64,000 bases of DNA from Podarcis liolepis (Eukaryota): NCBI GenBank assembly GCA_965112155.1, contig OZ218099.1; one strand, written 5' to 3'. Every line of letters starts with the position of its first letter. The stretch's first letter is position 1. Of the stretch, positions 1 through 12,125 are shown one piece after another. Under the pieces are notes generated by a model. The model had not been told where the DNA came from. It made no database searches and saw only the letters and a list, made by a program, of their open reading frames with translations. A program made the translations under genes and the position numbers.

Positions 1-54
1 GTCTTTGCCGTTTTGGGCTTTGCCATGTACAGAGCATTACTAAAGCAGCGATGA
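1..54 (+). CDS. RHOT1: Final coding segment of mitochondrial Rho GTPase 1 (Miro1), C-terminal tail anchor; 5' part lies outside the window
   Basis: Frame 1 reads VFAVLGFAMYRALLKQR* (TGA 52-54), matching the remembered vertebrate RHOT1 C-terminus (...VFAVLGFAMYKALLKQR). RHBDL3 lies downstream, as in mammals. Confidence 0.95.
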   Translation, partial: VFAVLGFAMYRALLKQR

Positions 55-1155
55 TCTGGAAGAAAAGCACGTTTCTCGCAGGGGAGGGGCCTACCAAAAG
101 GGAAAGAAAAAGAAACTTTTATGTACATTCTAAATCCGCTAGAAATATTTATATATGCGAGTTACTTTATTACTTGTAATTCATGGATAAGATTATTTTA
201 AATGATAGCTCTAAACTTGCAGTATTGCGATGGTTGTGGAAGATGTTTTTGCATTACAGTGGCTAACTGAAAATGGCTACATTTGTTAAGGCCCAAAGGG
301 AATTATTGTAAATATAACTTGTATATATTAAGGCTGTGAGCCGTAATGTCCCCCAAAGTTATTATAATTGGCATTAATAGATGTTTCAAATGGAGTGAGC
401 GAGAGTGTAATTAGAATTTGTTTTAAGCAATGTAGGTTCAAGTCCAGGATCACCATTCATTTATTTATTTCACAGGTGTGTGACGTTCTCTCTTTGGGCT
501 CACAGTGCTTGAGGGAGGGCTGAGTTCCCTCCTCTTTCAGTAACTGAACTGCTCCTTTACCCCACAGATCTTATTTCACAAGTGTTTCATTCCCACTGCA
601 GCTTTTATTGGACTTGGATTGATTATTTTTACATCCTAGGTTAAGCAGCAAAATGTGCCGCAGGTCAAGGATATTTTTTTGGGGGGGGGGAGAAAGAGAG
701 CTGTGCATTCCCTCCGATAGAAGAGCAGCAAGCATCATCCGTGTGTTTGTCAGAATCTTGACTCTTGTGTGCCATTCCACAACTCTCTCGTTTCCCACTC
801 TGTTGTGTTTTGCAGACTTTTCAAAAGGGGGGGGGGCGGCAATCAATTTGTATATTACAACTGTTTATAATTCCAAAGTGTTTTGTTTCATCCTCACTTC
901 CGCAAGCCATTCTCCCAAAAGCTGGGCGTATGGGGTAGAGCCGAAATATTACACAGCGCTTTACTCTCTACTTGGTAGATTAGTTGCATGGTTTGCACTG
1001 CGTCCTATACTTCGCTGGAATTACCTGTAGGTGGCATTTTTGAACAAAAAAGAAGGTCAGGAAATTCCTCACTGTCGAACCTATTTCTCCCCTCCCCCCC
1101 CCAATCACTGGCCTTTTCAAGTATTTCAATAAATAATTCTACTGTGCTGTGTTTT
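55..1155 (+). other. RHOT1: RHOT1 3' UTR (3' end approximate)
   Basis: AU-rich, TE-free sequence after the stop codon, ending near AATAAA 1128-1133 with GT/T-rich sequence downstream. Confidence 0.7.
1128..1133 (+). terminator. Candidate polyadenylation signal for RHOT1
   Basis: AATAAA followed by tgtgctgtgttttg (GU/U-rich downstream element). Confidence 0.6.
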
Positions 1156-1436
1156 GAACGCTCATTCTTGTACTTTTCTAAGCGGTAGTGATTCAGTGTG
1201 CACAGCAATGATCACGGTTCCCCGGCACTATAGCACAATCCAAAGGCTTAAAAGAAATGTTTAAACCTGTCTAAGAAATGCTGAACTCTTGATTAGTTCA
1301 AATCTCTGCTCAGTCACAACTCTCGCTGGGTGATGTTGGGTAATCGCCACCTAGGGCTGTTAACATAAAAATGGGGGAAATTCAAGAGAGCCCAGGAGGA
1401 GCAGCAGAACTGCTTGTAGGCCTAGAATAGTTACCG

Positions 1437-1576
1437 GCAGTAGAGCTCAGTGGGTAGATATCAGTCCCTGGCATTGCTAGGTAGGGCTCCACCTGGAAAG
1501 ATACTGCCAGACGGTACTGAGCTAGGCAGACCGATGATCTGACTCTGCAAAAGGCAACTTTCTGTGTTCCTGTTCA
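1437..1576 (+). mobile_element. Old degraded tRNA-derived SINE with CCTATGTT-type tail
   Basis: Head gagctcagtgggtaga; tail actgagctagg...tctgactc...aaggcaactttctgtgttcc. Related copies at 14515-14705, 35095-35232 and 60690-60912. Confidence 0.5.
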
Positions 1577-3019
1577 TGCATTACACAGTTTCCACTGGGA
1601 AACTCCCCATGAACAATAGAGGAGTTTTGGCCATACTGTGTGACTTGAGAAGAACACAGTTCTAGCAGCGCAGTGACTGGCCCTGGGCTTTCAGGCATTA
1701 GAAACCCCCAGAATGCTTGCTAGGCACACATGAGAACTGGAAGACCCTTGTGAAGAACTCTCGGCCTTTTATCTGTTTAACCCCCTCCCCATATCATGTG
1801 GCTGTAGTTCCATTTCAAAAGATGTAAATGGACAACTTTCAGCTAATGTTTCAGGCAGCTGGCTCCTTGAAAAAGTGGGCACCACTGCCATTACCTTAGT
1901 TCAGAGTGTTGGAAAAGGTGGTTTTGGGGACCCCTTTCAGCTTCCATTTTGTTCACAGTGAACGGCATGGTTTCAGAAGGCCCAATTAAGCACTACTTTG
2001 CTCCTATAGCTTAGGTTGGATTTTGTCTGCCCACATATCAGCTGTTAGGAATGCCATGAGATTTTGATACTCAGAAAACATCGTTTAAGACTTAGCTCGG
2101 ATTTCTATACCATAATTACCAGGAAGCTGCTGCTCATAGCACTGCTCTTTGGAGAACTTGGTTTTGTAAAACGTGGGAGTTCCCCTTCATGTCTTTTCAT
2201 TACAGATGGATCTGTAGAATTTCCACAGAATTGTGGAAGCTGGCTTATAGGAGGAAACTTGGTTTCTGTCAGGAAGGAAGACAAAGCACTAGACATTAGC
2301 AATGGGAATTCTAGCTGTACATCCTAATTGCAGACTGCTGAGCATTGGACAACTTGAACAGGAGGGTATATATATATATATCCCCTACTGTAATACTGTG
2401 CTTGTATGACTAGTGGCTGCTATCATGGGGATGGAATCATTCTCGTGGATAAAGGAATGGGAAGCAGCTGAGTTCTTCATATATGCAAATGCTTTTGCAA
2501 GGAGCCAAGTGAATTCTGCTTGTGGAAGGCAGAATGATAAATAGGTTTCATGCCATGAGGTGTGGGGAACATGGAGCAAGAGGATTCTGTTCCCACTGTG
2601 AGACACACAAATGTCCTTTGCAGCTAGTGCCTTATAGTGGTTCCAACCCAAGCATGGTCTGTTCTGAAAAGTAGAGGTCCTTCCTAGGCCTACTTCAGGT
2701 GCTGGGAAATTAATTTAAAATAGGGTTTCAGTGTTAATAGAATCATCAGCTGAAAATCTCAGACTCTGTTAAGACCTGGGGCCTAACCGGGCCTTGCCTC
2801 CATGTCGATTCCAATGCCAAACCTGTTACATTTATCTTGTGGGGAACTCACTAATCTTGTACAGGAAGCTTCCTTACTACCTCAGTTGCTGTGTTATAAA
2901 ATCATTTCCCATGCAGTTTCAAGTACCATGAAAATAGAAACATTTGTTCATGGGGTTTGCGGGGGGGTGAGAATAACACCTGGCAAGATATCTATGATCA
3001 ATATACTATGAACAATTTA

Positions 3020-3103
3020 TTGTTATTAGCCGCTCTGAGGCCGGCTTTGGCTGCGGAAGGGCGGGATATAAATAAAAAAATATTATTATTTTTTATTATT
3101 ATA
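3020..3103 (+). mobile_element. L2-type LINE extreme 3' end with TTA tail
   Basis: agccgctctgag...gaagggcgggatataaat followed by (TTA)n, the same architecture as the other L2 ends here. Confidence 0.55.
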
Positions 3104-3306
3104 CAGTCATACCTTGGAAGTCGAACAGAATCTGTTCCAGAAGTCCTTTTGACTTCCAAAACGTTCAAAAACCAAAGTTCAGCTTCTGACTGGCTGCAGA
3201 AAGCTCCAAAAAAAGTTCGAAAACCGGAACACTCACTTCCAGATTTTTATTGTTCGGGAGCCAAAACGTTCGAGAACTAGGCTGTTCAACTTCCAAGGTA
3301 CAACTG
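3104..3306. mobile_element. Tc1/mariner (Tigger/pogo-like) MITE, subfamily 2
   Basis: TIRs cagtcataccttggaagt ... acttccaaggtacaactg; TA on the left flank. Confidence 0.75.
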
Positions 3307-3310
3307 CATA

Positions 3311-3539
3311 CCGTATTTTTGGCTCTATAAGACGCACCAGACCATAAGACGCACCTAGTTTTTGGAGGAGGAAAACAAGAAAAAAATATTCTGAATCCCA
3401 GAAGCGAAAGCAGCAATCCCTCTTGCTGTTCTGGCTTCTGGGATAGCTGCGCAGCCTGCATTCGCTCCATAAGACACACACACATTTCCCCTTACTTTTT
3501 AGGAAGGAAAAAGTGAGTCTTATAGAGCAAAAAATATGG
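3311..3539. mobile_element. Tc2/pogo-like MITE
   Basis: 27-bp TIRs ccgtatttttggctctataagacgcac / gtgagtcttatagagcaaaaaatatgg; TA on both flanks. Confidence 0.8.
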
Positions 3540-4823
3540 TAAATAAGTGCAAAAGTACAAGCTGAATGTGAGTGGCCTTGCTACATCTGTTTTTAGTCAA
3601 CATGGGAAAATGCCATGTACCCATCTGGATAGATGTGTTTCCCCATCAGGGTTTCTACTTTTTCCATTAAAAAAAAACCCACCAACCGTTTTTCTTGCTT
3701 CTCTGCTTAAAACATTTGCTGCGATTTTGTACGCTTGGTGCCGGCTGACTTTGCTTTCAACAAGAATCGAGATAGGATGCAGATTGCCATGGCAATGTGT
3801 GAAAATAGCTTTTCACATCAGCCAGTTGCTATATCTGGTTTTTGGCAGATGGGAATGCAGTAGCTGATTGGTGCTTGAGAAAGACGGTGTGAAGGAGCCA
3901 GCCGAAAGACAACACGTAGCGAGCAGAACATGCAGGACTACCCGTTAGGTGGAACAGACTTCCAAATGTAGGTTCACGTTGCTTCTGGAGCTCTGTAAAC
4001 ATTTCCCCTAATTGGTATCATATTTGGGCTTTAAGGACATTGCCACAGCATGTTAGAGTAGCAAGATGAAGTATAGGTTACTTGCAATTAAACAAGAATA
4101 CAACTAGAACTGGCTCTTAGGGATGTGGGATGTAAGTTACTGTAGTGTGAAACCTGGCTCTTGGTACCATTTCCATTTCACTGGCAATGCAACCTCCTTC
4201 CATCTTGCACTTTCTCCTCTCCACCTTATACCAGCTACCTAGAGAAAGCTGGCAGAGTGCCATGTGCTGTGCCCCCCCCCCCCCGCTGATCTGGCGTGAC
4301 AAGTTTCTCAGAAAGAGACAGGGATGCAATGACAGCAAATCACCACAAGCCCACATGATGCTCTGACGTTTTGCCTTGAAACCACCGGCACCGTTTCTGC
4401 TTCAGGTGTTGAAACTGAGAATAAACATCCCTGTTGGAGTTTCACCTAAGGAGAGAGGCCACTTAATGCTTTAGCGGTCCAGATTTAATGCCAGATATGG
4501 ATAGGGTTTTGAAACTTGACAACGGGCTACTAGGCATGGCCCTCCATTGGGTGGTCCTTGATGATTTCAGCTTCTGCAGAACACCACGGCCTGCCTCTTC
4601 TGCTGCTTGCATTGGTTCCTTGTTTTCTACACACAACAATAGGTACCGTTTTTGACCTGCCTTGTTCTTGATGACTCGGCCCTTAGTGGTCTTGGATAAC
4701 AAGTCTTCTATCTTTGTTGTGTCATCGTGACCTTGACTCTCCGTTGAGACTTCTCTTCACCCATCAACTTTAGAATCAAAATGCGCTCTTGGGAGACAGC
4801 TATTCCAAATCCCATTCTCTCAG

Positions 4824-5174
4824 TAAAGGTAAAGGGACCCCTGACCATTAGGTCCAGTCGTGGCCGACTCAGGTTGCGGCGCTCATTTCGCTTTATTGGC
4901 TGAGGGAGCCAGTGTACAGCTTCCGGGTCATGTGTCCAGCATGACTAAGCCGCTTCTGGCAAACCAGAGCAGCACACGGAAACACCATTTACCTTCTCAC
5001 CAGAGCGGTACCTGTTTATCTACTTGCACTTTGACGTGCTTTTGAACTGCTAGGTTGGCAGGAGCAGGGATCGAGCAACGGGAGCTCACCCTGTCGCGGG
5101 GATTCGAACCGCCGACCTTCTGATCAAGCAAGTCCTAGGCTCTGTGGTTTAACCCACAACGCCACCTGCATCCC
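4824..5174 (-). mobile_element. Sauria SINE, full length
   Basis: tRNA-like head (GGGA...TGTGGGTTAAACCACAGAGCCTAGG, B box GGTTCGAATCC on the minus strand), (ACCTTT)n tail; highly similar to other copies in the window. Confidence 0.9.
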
Positions 5175-6305
5175 TGGCTATGGGTATTCCATAGCCAGGA
5201 TTAATTAAGCAGCTTCTTGCAGTTTTCTGCATTGCTGCAGTCACATAGTCACATACCTGGTCCAAGTTCTCTTACCACAGAATGCCTCTAATGCAGGGAT
5301 AGCCCACATTGCTGCTCCCCATGATGTTAAAAGTACAGCTCCCCTCTTCCCTCGCCATTGGGTGTGCTGATTGGGACTGAGGGGGGGTCCACTGACACTT
5401 GGGGGGCACCACCTTGCCTACCACTGTTCTTGGGTGTACTTTGTCTGCAGCTGCCAGGAAACAAGGTGAAAAGGGTTTTTTTTTTGTCCTGTCCTGTGAC
5501 ACGTAAGTCTCTCTTGGCAGGCAACAGGGCAGGGGCAGCCTATAAGTATATAGGCTTTTGGTCAAACCTTGAGAATTTTCCATCATTCAAGCCTGCTCAA
5601 CCTCAATTACAGGTAAGCAACTGATTTATCATCATCATCATCATTATTTGAATTGATATACTGCCCTATGTCCAGAGATCTACAAAATCTGCAGTACGTA
5701 TAAAGCTTGAAGTGAATTTTTTAAAAATTAGCTTATGTAGTGGTGCCCGGTTGCCGCCTGGTGGCAGTGTGGCTTTGAAATGTCTGCATGCTTTTCAGCT
5801 TCTGCCTTGGTCCTCTTGGTTTGCATAAGAAACCTGGTTTAATTGCACATTCTTTTCTCCTTCTGATACCTTCTGCTAATTATGCATTTGCTTTATTTTT
5901 TAAAAAAACTTCCATAGCAAGTCTTACAGCACAGGAAGGTGAACTTTGGTCATCATGGTTATTTATTTATTTGTTCCTGTTATTGCTTCGTTAGCCAGAA
6001 ATGGGACTCTTGACACACACAGAATGCCTCCAGCTACAGTGGAAAAACACTTCCCCCCAGAACACAGTGGCATCAGATCTATTTTTAGCGTTTTTCCTGT
6101 GCTGTAAACCCCAAAGGTTTTCCCCCTTGGGGAAAGAAGAGGCGCTGCAGAATTCCATCACAGAGTTAAAAATTACTTTTAAGATCACCCAAGACCATTC
6201 TTTCCTGCCACTTGGCTTCTGTTAGAATGGAGGTGGGAAACTTGAGGCCTCGCCTGATCTCGGACTCCATTCAGCCCCAGCCAGAATGATCAAGGATGCC
6301 AGGAG

Positions 6306-6437
6306 CTGGTTAGAGCACGGTGCTGATAACACCAGACTTGCAGATTTGACCCCGTATGGGACAGCTGTGTATTCCTGCAACGCAGGGGGGTTGGACTACA
6401 TGATTCTCAGGATCCCTTCCAACTCTATAATTTCTAT
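6306..6437 (+). mobile_element. tRNA-Ile-headed SINE with CR1 tail, partial head, inside an old hAT MITE
   Basis: tggttagagcacggtgctgataacacc ... gggggttggactacatgattctcaggatcccttccaactct. Confidence 0.75.
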
Positions 6438-6662
6438 GGAAATGAGTTGCACTTTTTCTTTGAGAACGCACGGAGGGCTGCAGGTCCCTCTTCCTTGAAT
6501 AAGGGACACCATCTAATCCACTTTATGGATGCAGGTGTGCTGCTGAAGGAGGGAAAGATTCTCAGAAGTGAGCCAAGCAGCCTGTGCTCAAACTCTGCCT
6601 TTGAAACCCAATATTTAAATATCACTTGACTGTAGTAGGATCATGCCTACTCTTTTGTATTA

Positions 6663-6904
6663 CAGGGGTACCTCGGGTTAAGAACTTAATTCGTTTTGGA
6701 GGTCTGTTCTTAAGCTGAAACTGTTCTTAACCTGAAGCACCACTTTAGCTAATGGGGACTCCTGCTGCCGCCGCGCCGCCAGAACACAATTTCTGTTCTC
6801 GCCCTGAAGCAAAGTTCTTAACCCGAGGTACTATTTCTAGGTTAGCGGAGTCTGTAACCTGAAGTGCATGTAACCTGAAGCGTATATAACCCAAGGTACC
6901 ACTG
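6663..6904. mobile_element. Tc1/mariner (Tigger-like) MITE, subfamily 1, orientation A
   Basis: TIR cag(t/g)ggtacctcgggtta ... taacccaaggtaccactg; TA target duplication; seven related copies in the window. Confidence 0.9.
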
Positions 6905-7731
6905 TATTAGATTTGGAATAAACCTGGTTTGTTACTGAGGAAAAATTAGAAGCTCCCTTGAATCATTTTGAGAAAGATAAGATACGGCCTGCAGTGGTTT
7001 CTCTGCTAGCCGCTAATATGCACTCTGATCTGCCTCCAGATGGAACCAGTATTTTTCTTAAAAACCAACTTCCTCTTGATTCCTGGACCGACGTCCACTT
7101 TAACAAATGTTCTGTTCTAACGGAACAACTGTAAACTCAGCAACATCCATTGCGGTTTCCACTTCTTTCCTGATTTACAGCCTATTCTGTAATGCAATGT
7201 ACATTGCTTAGGATGGTGTGGGGAGTCTTTAGGAAAAAAGAAAGAAAGAAAGAAAAAAGCCTGCTTTATCAGTCCTTGTCTCTCTCACATGCTCATGCAA
7301 ATTCCACCAACCAATAAGACAGAGCTGTATTAAAGCAATGTCACACTGCATTGGATTATTATTTTTTAAAGTGCTCTGCCGCATCAGTTTTGTTCCAGTT
7401 CTCTGCAGTTGCTATTTCAATTAATGAGGCTACTCCAAGGAAGGCGGGTGGGAAATTAATTTTGGAACTGAACTAAAGCCGAGGCTGGCAAAAGGAAGAC
7501 GGTTCTCAATAACAAGTTGTCCTTAACCAAGGGGAAGAGGAGGCTGACATGCTCTGCAAAGGACTTGGTTTGCCCTCAGAGGAGCATGAGCTGTAAAAAT
7601 AGTTACAGGTCTCACCAATCGTGCAGCAAGCTGTCTTAGACCATTGGGGGGGGGAGAGAGATCCAAGCAGCAACAGCAGGGTATTATATTTGGGTGCTTC
7701 CAGACTCTTGTTAATTTTGAGTGGGATTCAA

Positions 7732-7848
7732 TCAGGATGAGAACAGGAATCACGTGGAGGCAGTGAGAGTCCCCATTAGCTAAAGTGGTGCTTCAGGTTA
7801 AGAACGGAACTCCGGAACGAATTAAGTACTTAACCCGAGGTACCACTG
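7732..7848. mobile_element. Subfamily 1 MITE, truncated, orientation B
   Basis: One TIR (taacccgaggtaccactg-ta) plus internal sequence shared with the full copies. Confidence 0.85.
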
Positions 7849-8217
7849 TAGTCACAAAGTAGGGAGCAAGCTTTTCTGCAATCTGGATGTTGTCTTCAGC
7901 CTGGATGTTAAGGAACTTGAACAGCAAAAGGAAGGAAGAGCAAAATACCTTGCTTGGCCTCCCAAAATGTCCCAAGTCTTAAAGTGGAATGGAGGAGGAG
8001 AAGGAGGGATTTTGCAGATTTAGTGAGATTAGACCATGCCTGCTGCAACAATCTCCAGTCCCAGCAAGGCATACTGGGGCACAGGAATAATAGTGACTTC
8101 CCTTTCGAACCAGTATGTGTATCTAACATTTATGGATGGTGCATTTTTTTAAGTGCTTCAGAGAATCCCCACACTTGGTCATCAAGGGGTTGGGGCGGAA
8201 TATCTCTGTTTACTAGG

Positions 8218-8218
<1 letters not shown>

Positions 8219-8257
<39 letters not shown>
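8219..8257. repeat. (CA)n microsatellite
   Basis: Seen directly. Confidence 0.95.
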
Positions 8258-8259
<2 letters not shown>

Positions 8260-8589
8260 CTCACTTTTGGCTTCTATTGACTTTAAACGATGCAACATAA
8301 CTTTTAACCTAGCTTAAATAAGTATTGGAACATCAAACCAACCCTTAAAAAAAAAAATCCCACCGTATTTTATTGATCTCACTTGCATCAGTTTATTGCT
8401 CAATCATTAACTGACCACCACTATATGTTCAAATAGGCACCACATAATTAACTAGCTTTCATAATTGTGCTACATACTTAGAAATGCCTAATCATATATA
8501 GGTTATTTGTTGTTTGATTACATCCACCTTATTTCTTTGCCCTCATTTAATGCTAACTGTTATCTATATGTCACTAGTAATTGTGAACG

Positions 8590-8800
8590 GACTCATTGCA
8601 TCTTGCACACACCATTTCTCAACAAATTTATTCTCCGGCTGCTTTCTCTCTTTGTTAACTTAATATATTTCCCAGATTCTTATTAACCAGGCTACTATTG
8701 TGGGAGCATCTTACTTTTCTTCCATTTTTGGCAAATGGCCATTCAAGCATCTGTTAGCAGATTCATTGCCATTTCTAGGTCTTGGGATACCAGTCTTTTA
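8590..8800 (-). mobile_element. Degraded L1-clade ORF2 C-terminal remnant
   Basis: The minus strand translates, with stop and frameshift, as NLLTDA*MAICQKWK..DAPTIVAWLIRIWEI, resembling the AAR..IA..WK...PT...W motif at the end of non-mammalian L1 ORF2. Confidence 0.4.
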
Positions 8801-8894
8801 AGATGTCCAAAACATGCAATTAAAGGACCTTTTGGTAGTTAACATCCAATGTTGTTGTTGTATCAAATGATTTTATTATTATTATTTCTGTCAA

Positions 8895-9407
8895 GAGAAA
8901 AGCAATGACAAACCAGCATCTTAAAAAGCAGAGATATCACCTTGCCGACAAAGGTCCGTATACTTAAAGATATGGTTTTCCCAGTAGTGATGTGTGGAAG
9001 TGAGAGCTGGAACATAAAGAAGGCTGATCGCCAAAGAATTGATGCTTTTGAATTATGGTGCTGGAGGAGACTCTTGAGAGTCCCATGGACTGCAAGAAGA
9101 TCAAACGCATCCATTCTTAAGGAAATCAGCCCTGAGTGGTCACTGGAAGGACAGATCGTGAAGCTGAGGCTCCAATACTTTGGCCACCTCATAAGAAGAG
9201 AAGACTCCCTGGAAAAGACCCTGATGTTGGGAAAGATGGAGGGCACAAGGAGAAGGGGATGACAGAGGATGAGATGGATGGATAGTGTTCTCGAAGCTAC
9301 CAGCATAAGTTTGACCAAACTGCGGGAGGCAGTGGAAGACAGGGGTGCCTGGCGTGCTCTGGTCCATGGGGTCACGAAGAGTCGGACACGACTAAACAAC
9401 AACAACA
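8895..9407 (+). mobile_element. Bov-B (RTE clade) LINE, 5'-truncated 3' fragment
   Basis: Encodes MVFPVVMCGSESWNIKKADRQRIDAFELWCWRRLLRVPWTARRSN...LQYFGHL (RTE ORF end); (CAA)n tail; 11-bp TSD atttctgtcaa at 8884-8894 and 9408-9418. Confidence 0.95.
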
Positions 9408-10272
9408 ATTTCTGTCAACACTGCATCTCAGTATTCTACAATTTTTTAACCTATCCAAAGAATATGTCGTGCATGGATTGCCAATGTGCAATCTCTGGCT
9501 TTCCCTGGTACCCACAGGGTTCCATCCATCCCCCTGCCCTTCTTCCATACTCTGAAAGAAGCCTTCTTCACCCAATAGAAGCCGTTCCCCCTCAAATTCT
9601 CACAAGAGTAAAGTGTAAAGAGACTGGTTATTTCTGCCCCTGCTGCGAACTCACAGCAACCAGTGTCCAGAGAAACCTGGAGCGAGCACACGGACATGAA
9701 TTTTTTTGGTGCTGATTTGTGGAGAAAGATAAACAAGATACATTGCGAATCGAAGGACCACATTTTGATCTTCCACATCCCAAGACATAGCATTTAAAGA
9801 TGGATGGTTCCTGCCCTGCCGCTTGTTTCACCCTCCTTCTCACGCTGTCAACGTTCCTCCCAGAATCTGACTTCATTGATGTTGCTAAGAGAAAAGTGTT
9901 TCCTTCCTCTTGTCTCTGACAAACGACAAACATGATGCACAATGCCACAGATCAAACACAGGGAACACTTAGAGTCTTCTTTGAAAGGAGAAAAACAATC
10001 ACAGGCCAAGTGCAGCCAATTTCTATAGCATTTGCCCCGCCTTGCACATAAACACACACCTCTCTCATCCAAAATGGTGGGCATTTGGCTGGGGAAATCT
10101 TTTTTTAAAAAGAAGTAATTGTGAAATATTTTTGGTGTCTAGATCCTAGATTTGCAGGTGAGGGAAAAAATGTATTTGACCTTAAATAGCTGCGGCAGGC
10201 ATGGTCCAGATCTTGCTAGTTTGCAACTCCTACTAAGCCTACATTTCTCTGAAAAAAATAGGGGTGCCCTAT

Positions 10273-10274
<2 letters not shown>

Positions 10275-10320
<46 letters not shown>

Positions 10321-10480
10321 CTATTATTTATACCCCACCCATCTGACTGGGTTGCCCCAGCCACTCTGGGCAGCTTCCAACATATATAAAAACATAATAA
10401 AACAAAATTTTTAAAAAACCCTATACAGGGTTCCCTTCAGAAGTCTTCTAAAGGTTGTGTAATTACTTATCTCCTTGGCT
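10275..10480 (-). mobile_element. L2 LINE 3' end with expanded (AAT)n tail
   Basis: Reverse complement of ...agctgcccagagtggctggggcaacccagtcagatgggtggggtataaataa; tail 10275-10319. Confidence 0.8.
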
Positions 10481-10536
10481 TGGGGGGGGTTATATAACTC
10501 TATACCCTCCAACATTTCTCTGATGAAAATAGGGGA

Positions 10537-10537
<1 letters not shown>

Positions 10538-10585
<48 letters not shown>

Positions 10586-10596
10586 TGATGATGATG
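10538..10596. repeat. (TAA)n(TGA)n microsatellite
   Basis: Seen directly. Confidence 0.9.
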
Positions 10597-10780
10597 TCTC
10601 TGGAAAATAGGGACACTTAGAAGGTCTGCCATCCCTCTCTTATGGGAATGACGGCCTTTATTGTGTGTAGTAATCTTCTCTTTAGATCTACCGAGAATGC
10701 TTTCTGGATTCTTCCATTGGTGGGCAAAGGTGGACCTAAATAAAATGGTGTTTTCGCAGGTGCTGTATGTCATATCACAG

Positions 10781-10988
10781 AGCTCCTACCAGATGTCAAG
10801 GAAATAAACAACTACCTGACTTTTAGAAGACATCTGAAGCTAGACATGTTTAGGGAAGCTTTTAATGTTAGCTGTTTTATTGTGTTTTTAATATTCTGTT
10901 GGGAGCTGCCCAGAGTGGCTGGGGAAACCCAGCCAGATGGGTGGGGTAATAACAACAACAACAACAACAACAATTTATTATTATTAAT
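10781..10988 (+). mobile_element. L2 LINE 3' end
   Basis: cagatgtcaaggaaataaacaact...gaagacatctgaag...gagctgcccagagtggctggggaaacccagccagatggg plus AAC/TTA tail. Confidence 0.85.
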
Positions 10989-11624
10989 TAGAGGTTCTGT
11001 GCAGGCCATTGAGGGGTGGCTTTTTCCACTTGCCTTGCCCCACCTTCCAGCCCTAGGAGCCTTCATGAGGGAGCTCCTGAAGGGGATACTTTGACCTATC
11101 GGTAAGCTATATTCTTACTTAAACCTTTGCGTATGATAAATTAGCTGTTCCTTCTTTATTATTACGTTTCTGTGTTGGGTTGCAGCGATATATGTCTCAT
11201 GTAACGTTTGGAGTTTTGTTTTTGTGTGTGCGTGAAGCGCTTTTGAGGGCAGATGGACTTGTGGGAAAGGTGAGATATGAACAAACTGGCCATTAAAAAA
11301 AACTACAACCCCAACCCAAAGGCAAAACCAAAACCAGTCTTCCTGCTGAAATACTCTCTCCTACACAAGTGTTGAAAGGCCGGCCAGTCTGTCAATGTTT
11401 ATTACGGCAAACATCCTGCATATGTTGAAAGGCCAGGTTTATCTGACTGCCTTTTTGAGGCCCTTTGGGCTCTATATTGTATTCAGGGGGTCAGGGCAGG
11501 CTATGTTGCTTGGTCATGTGACAAGCACACAAAACACACAAAAAGCTTTGTGCTCCCTCAGTACCTCAATCTCAGTTGTGGAATTCCCTTCCCACAGAGG
11601 TATGCCCTGCTTTTTCACTATACA

Positions 11625-11626
<2 letters not shown>

Positions 11627-11670
<44 letters not shown>
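11627..11670. repeat. (TC)n microsatellite
   Basis: Seen directly. Confidence 0.95.
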
Positions 11671-11675
<5 letters not shown>

Positions 11676-11692
11676 TCCAAATGTTCCACATA

Positions 11693-12125
11693 AACGCTGC
11701 CAGATTTACGTACACGCTAAACAAGCTATAGCTTAGGACCCCACTCTCTTGGGGACCCCAAAAAAAGTTTAAGGGAAAAAACCCTGGATGTACATTTCCA
11801 AAATATAAGATAAAAAACAAATAAAATAAAAATTCCATACAGCAACGGTGTTTTAAGTTGTGTAGGCTCCTGAGATGTAAGTCATGGGCCCCGCCTGCTA
11901 GCCTGCTCCCTAAAATATCACTGGTTTGCTCATTTCTGTATCAATCACTTTGATAAAATACATATTTTGTTATGTGCAAATGGCTTTAGATACCTTTTAG
12001 GTCCATAATATATTCAACACAAAAAAACCCAGCGACAATTTGTTGTTGACAAAGGACATCTGGACATATAAAGGGCCCCATTACCTCAGTAGCTTAGGGC
12101 CTCATCAAACCTAAATCTGGCCCTG
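11693..12125. mobile_element. Non-autonomous hAT-like DNA transposon
   Basis: Right end cctaaatctggccctg; degenerate left end gccagattta; repeated subterminal tagcttaggg(a/c)cc motif at both ends. Confidence 0.55.

Noticed and set aside
49-60. Possible stop-codon readthrough of RHOT1
   Set aside because: Context is TGA TCT, not the UGA CUAG readthrough motif; no other support.
5750-5770. CTCF-like motifs (ccgcctggtggcag here; also ~1024, ~22691, ~30640)
   Set aside because: Partial matches of this quality are expected by chance in 64 kb and cannot be called without PWM scoring or ChIP.
8863-9715. 106-181 aa ORFs suggesting a host gene
   Set aside because: Sense and antisense translations of a truncated Bov-B fragment; the same applies at 56351-57062 and to the L2 ORFs at 48728-49242.
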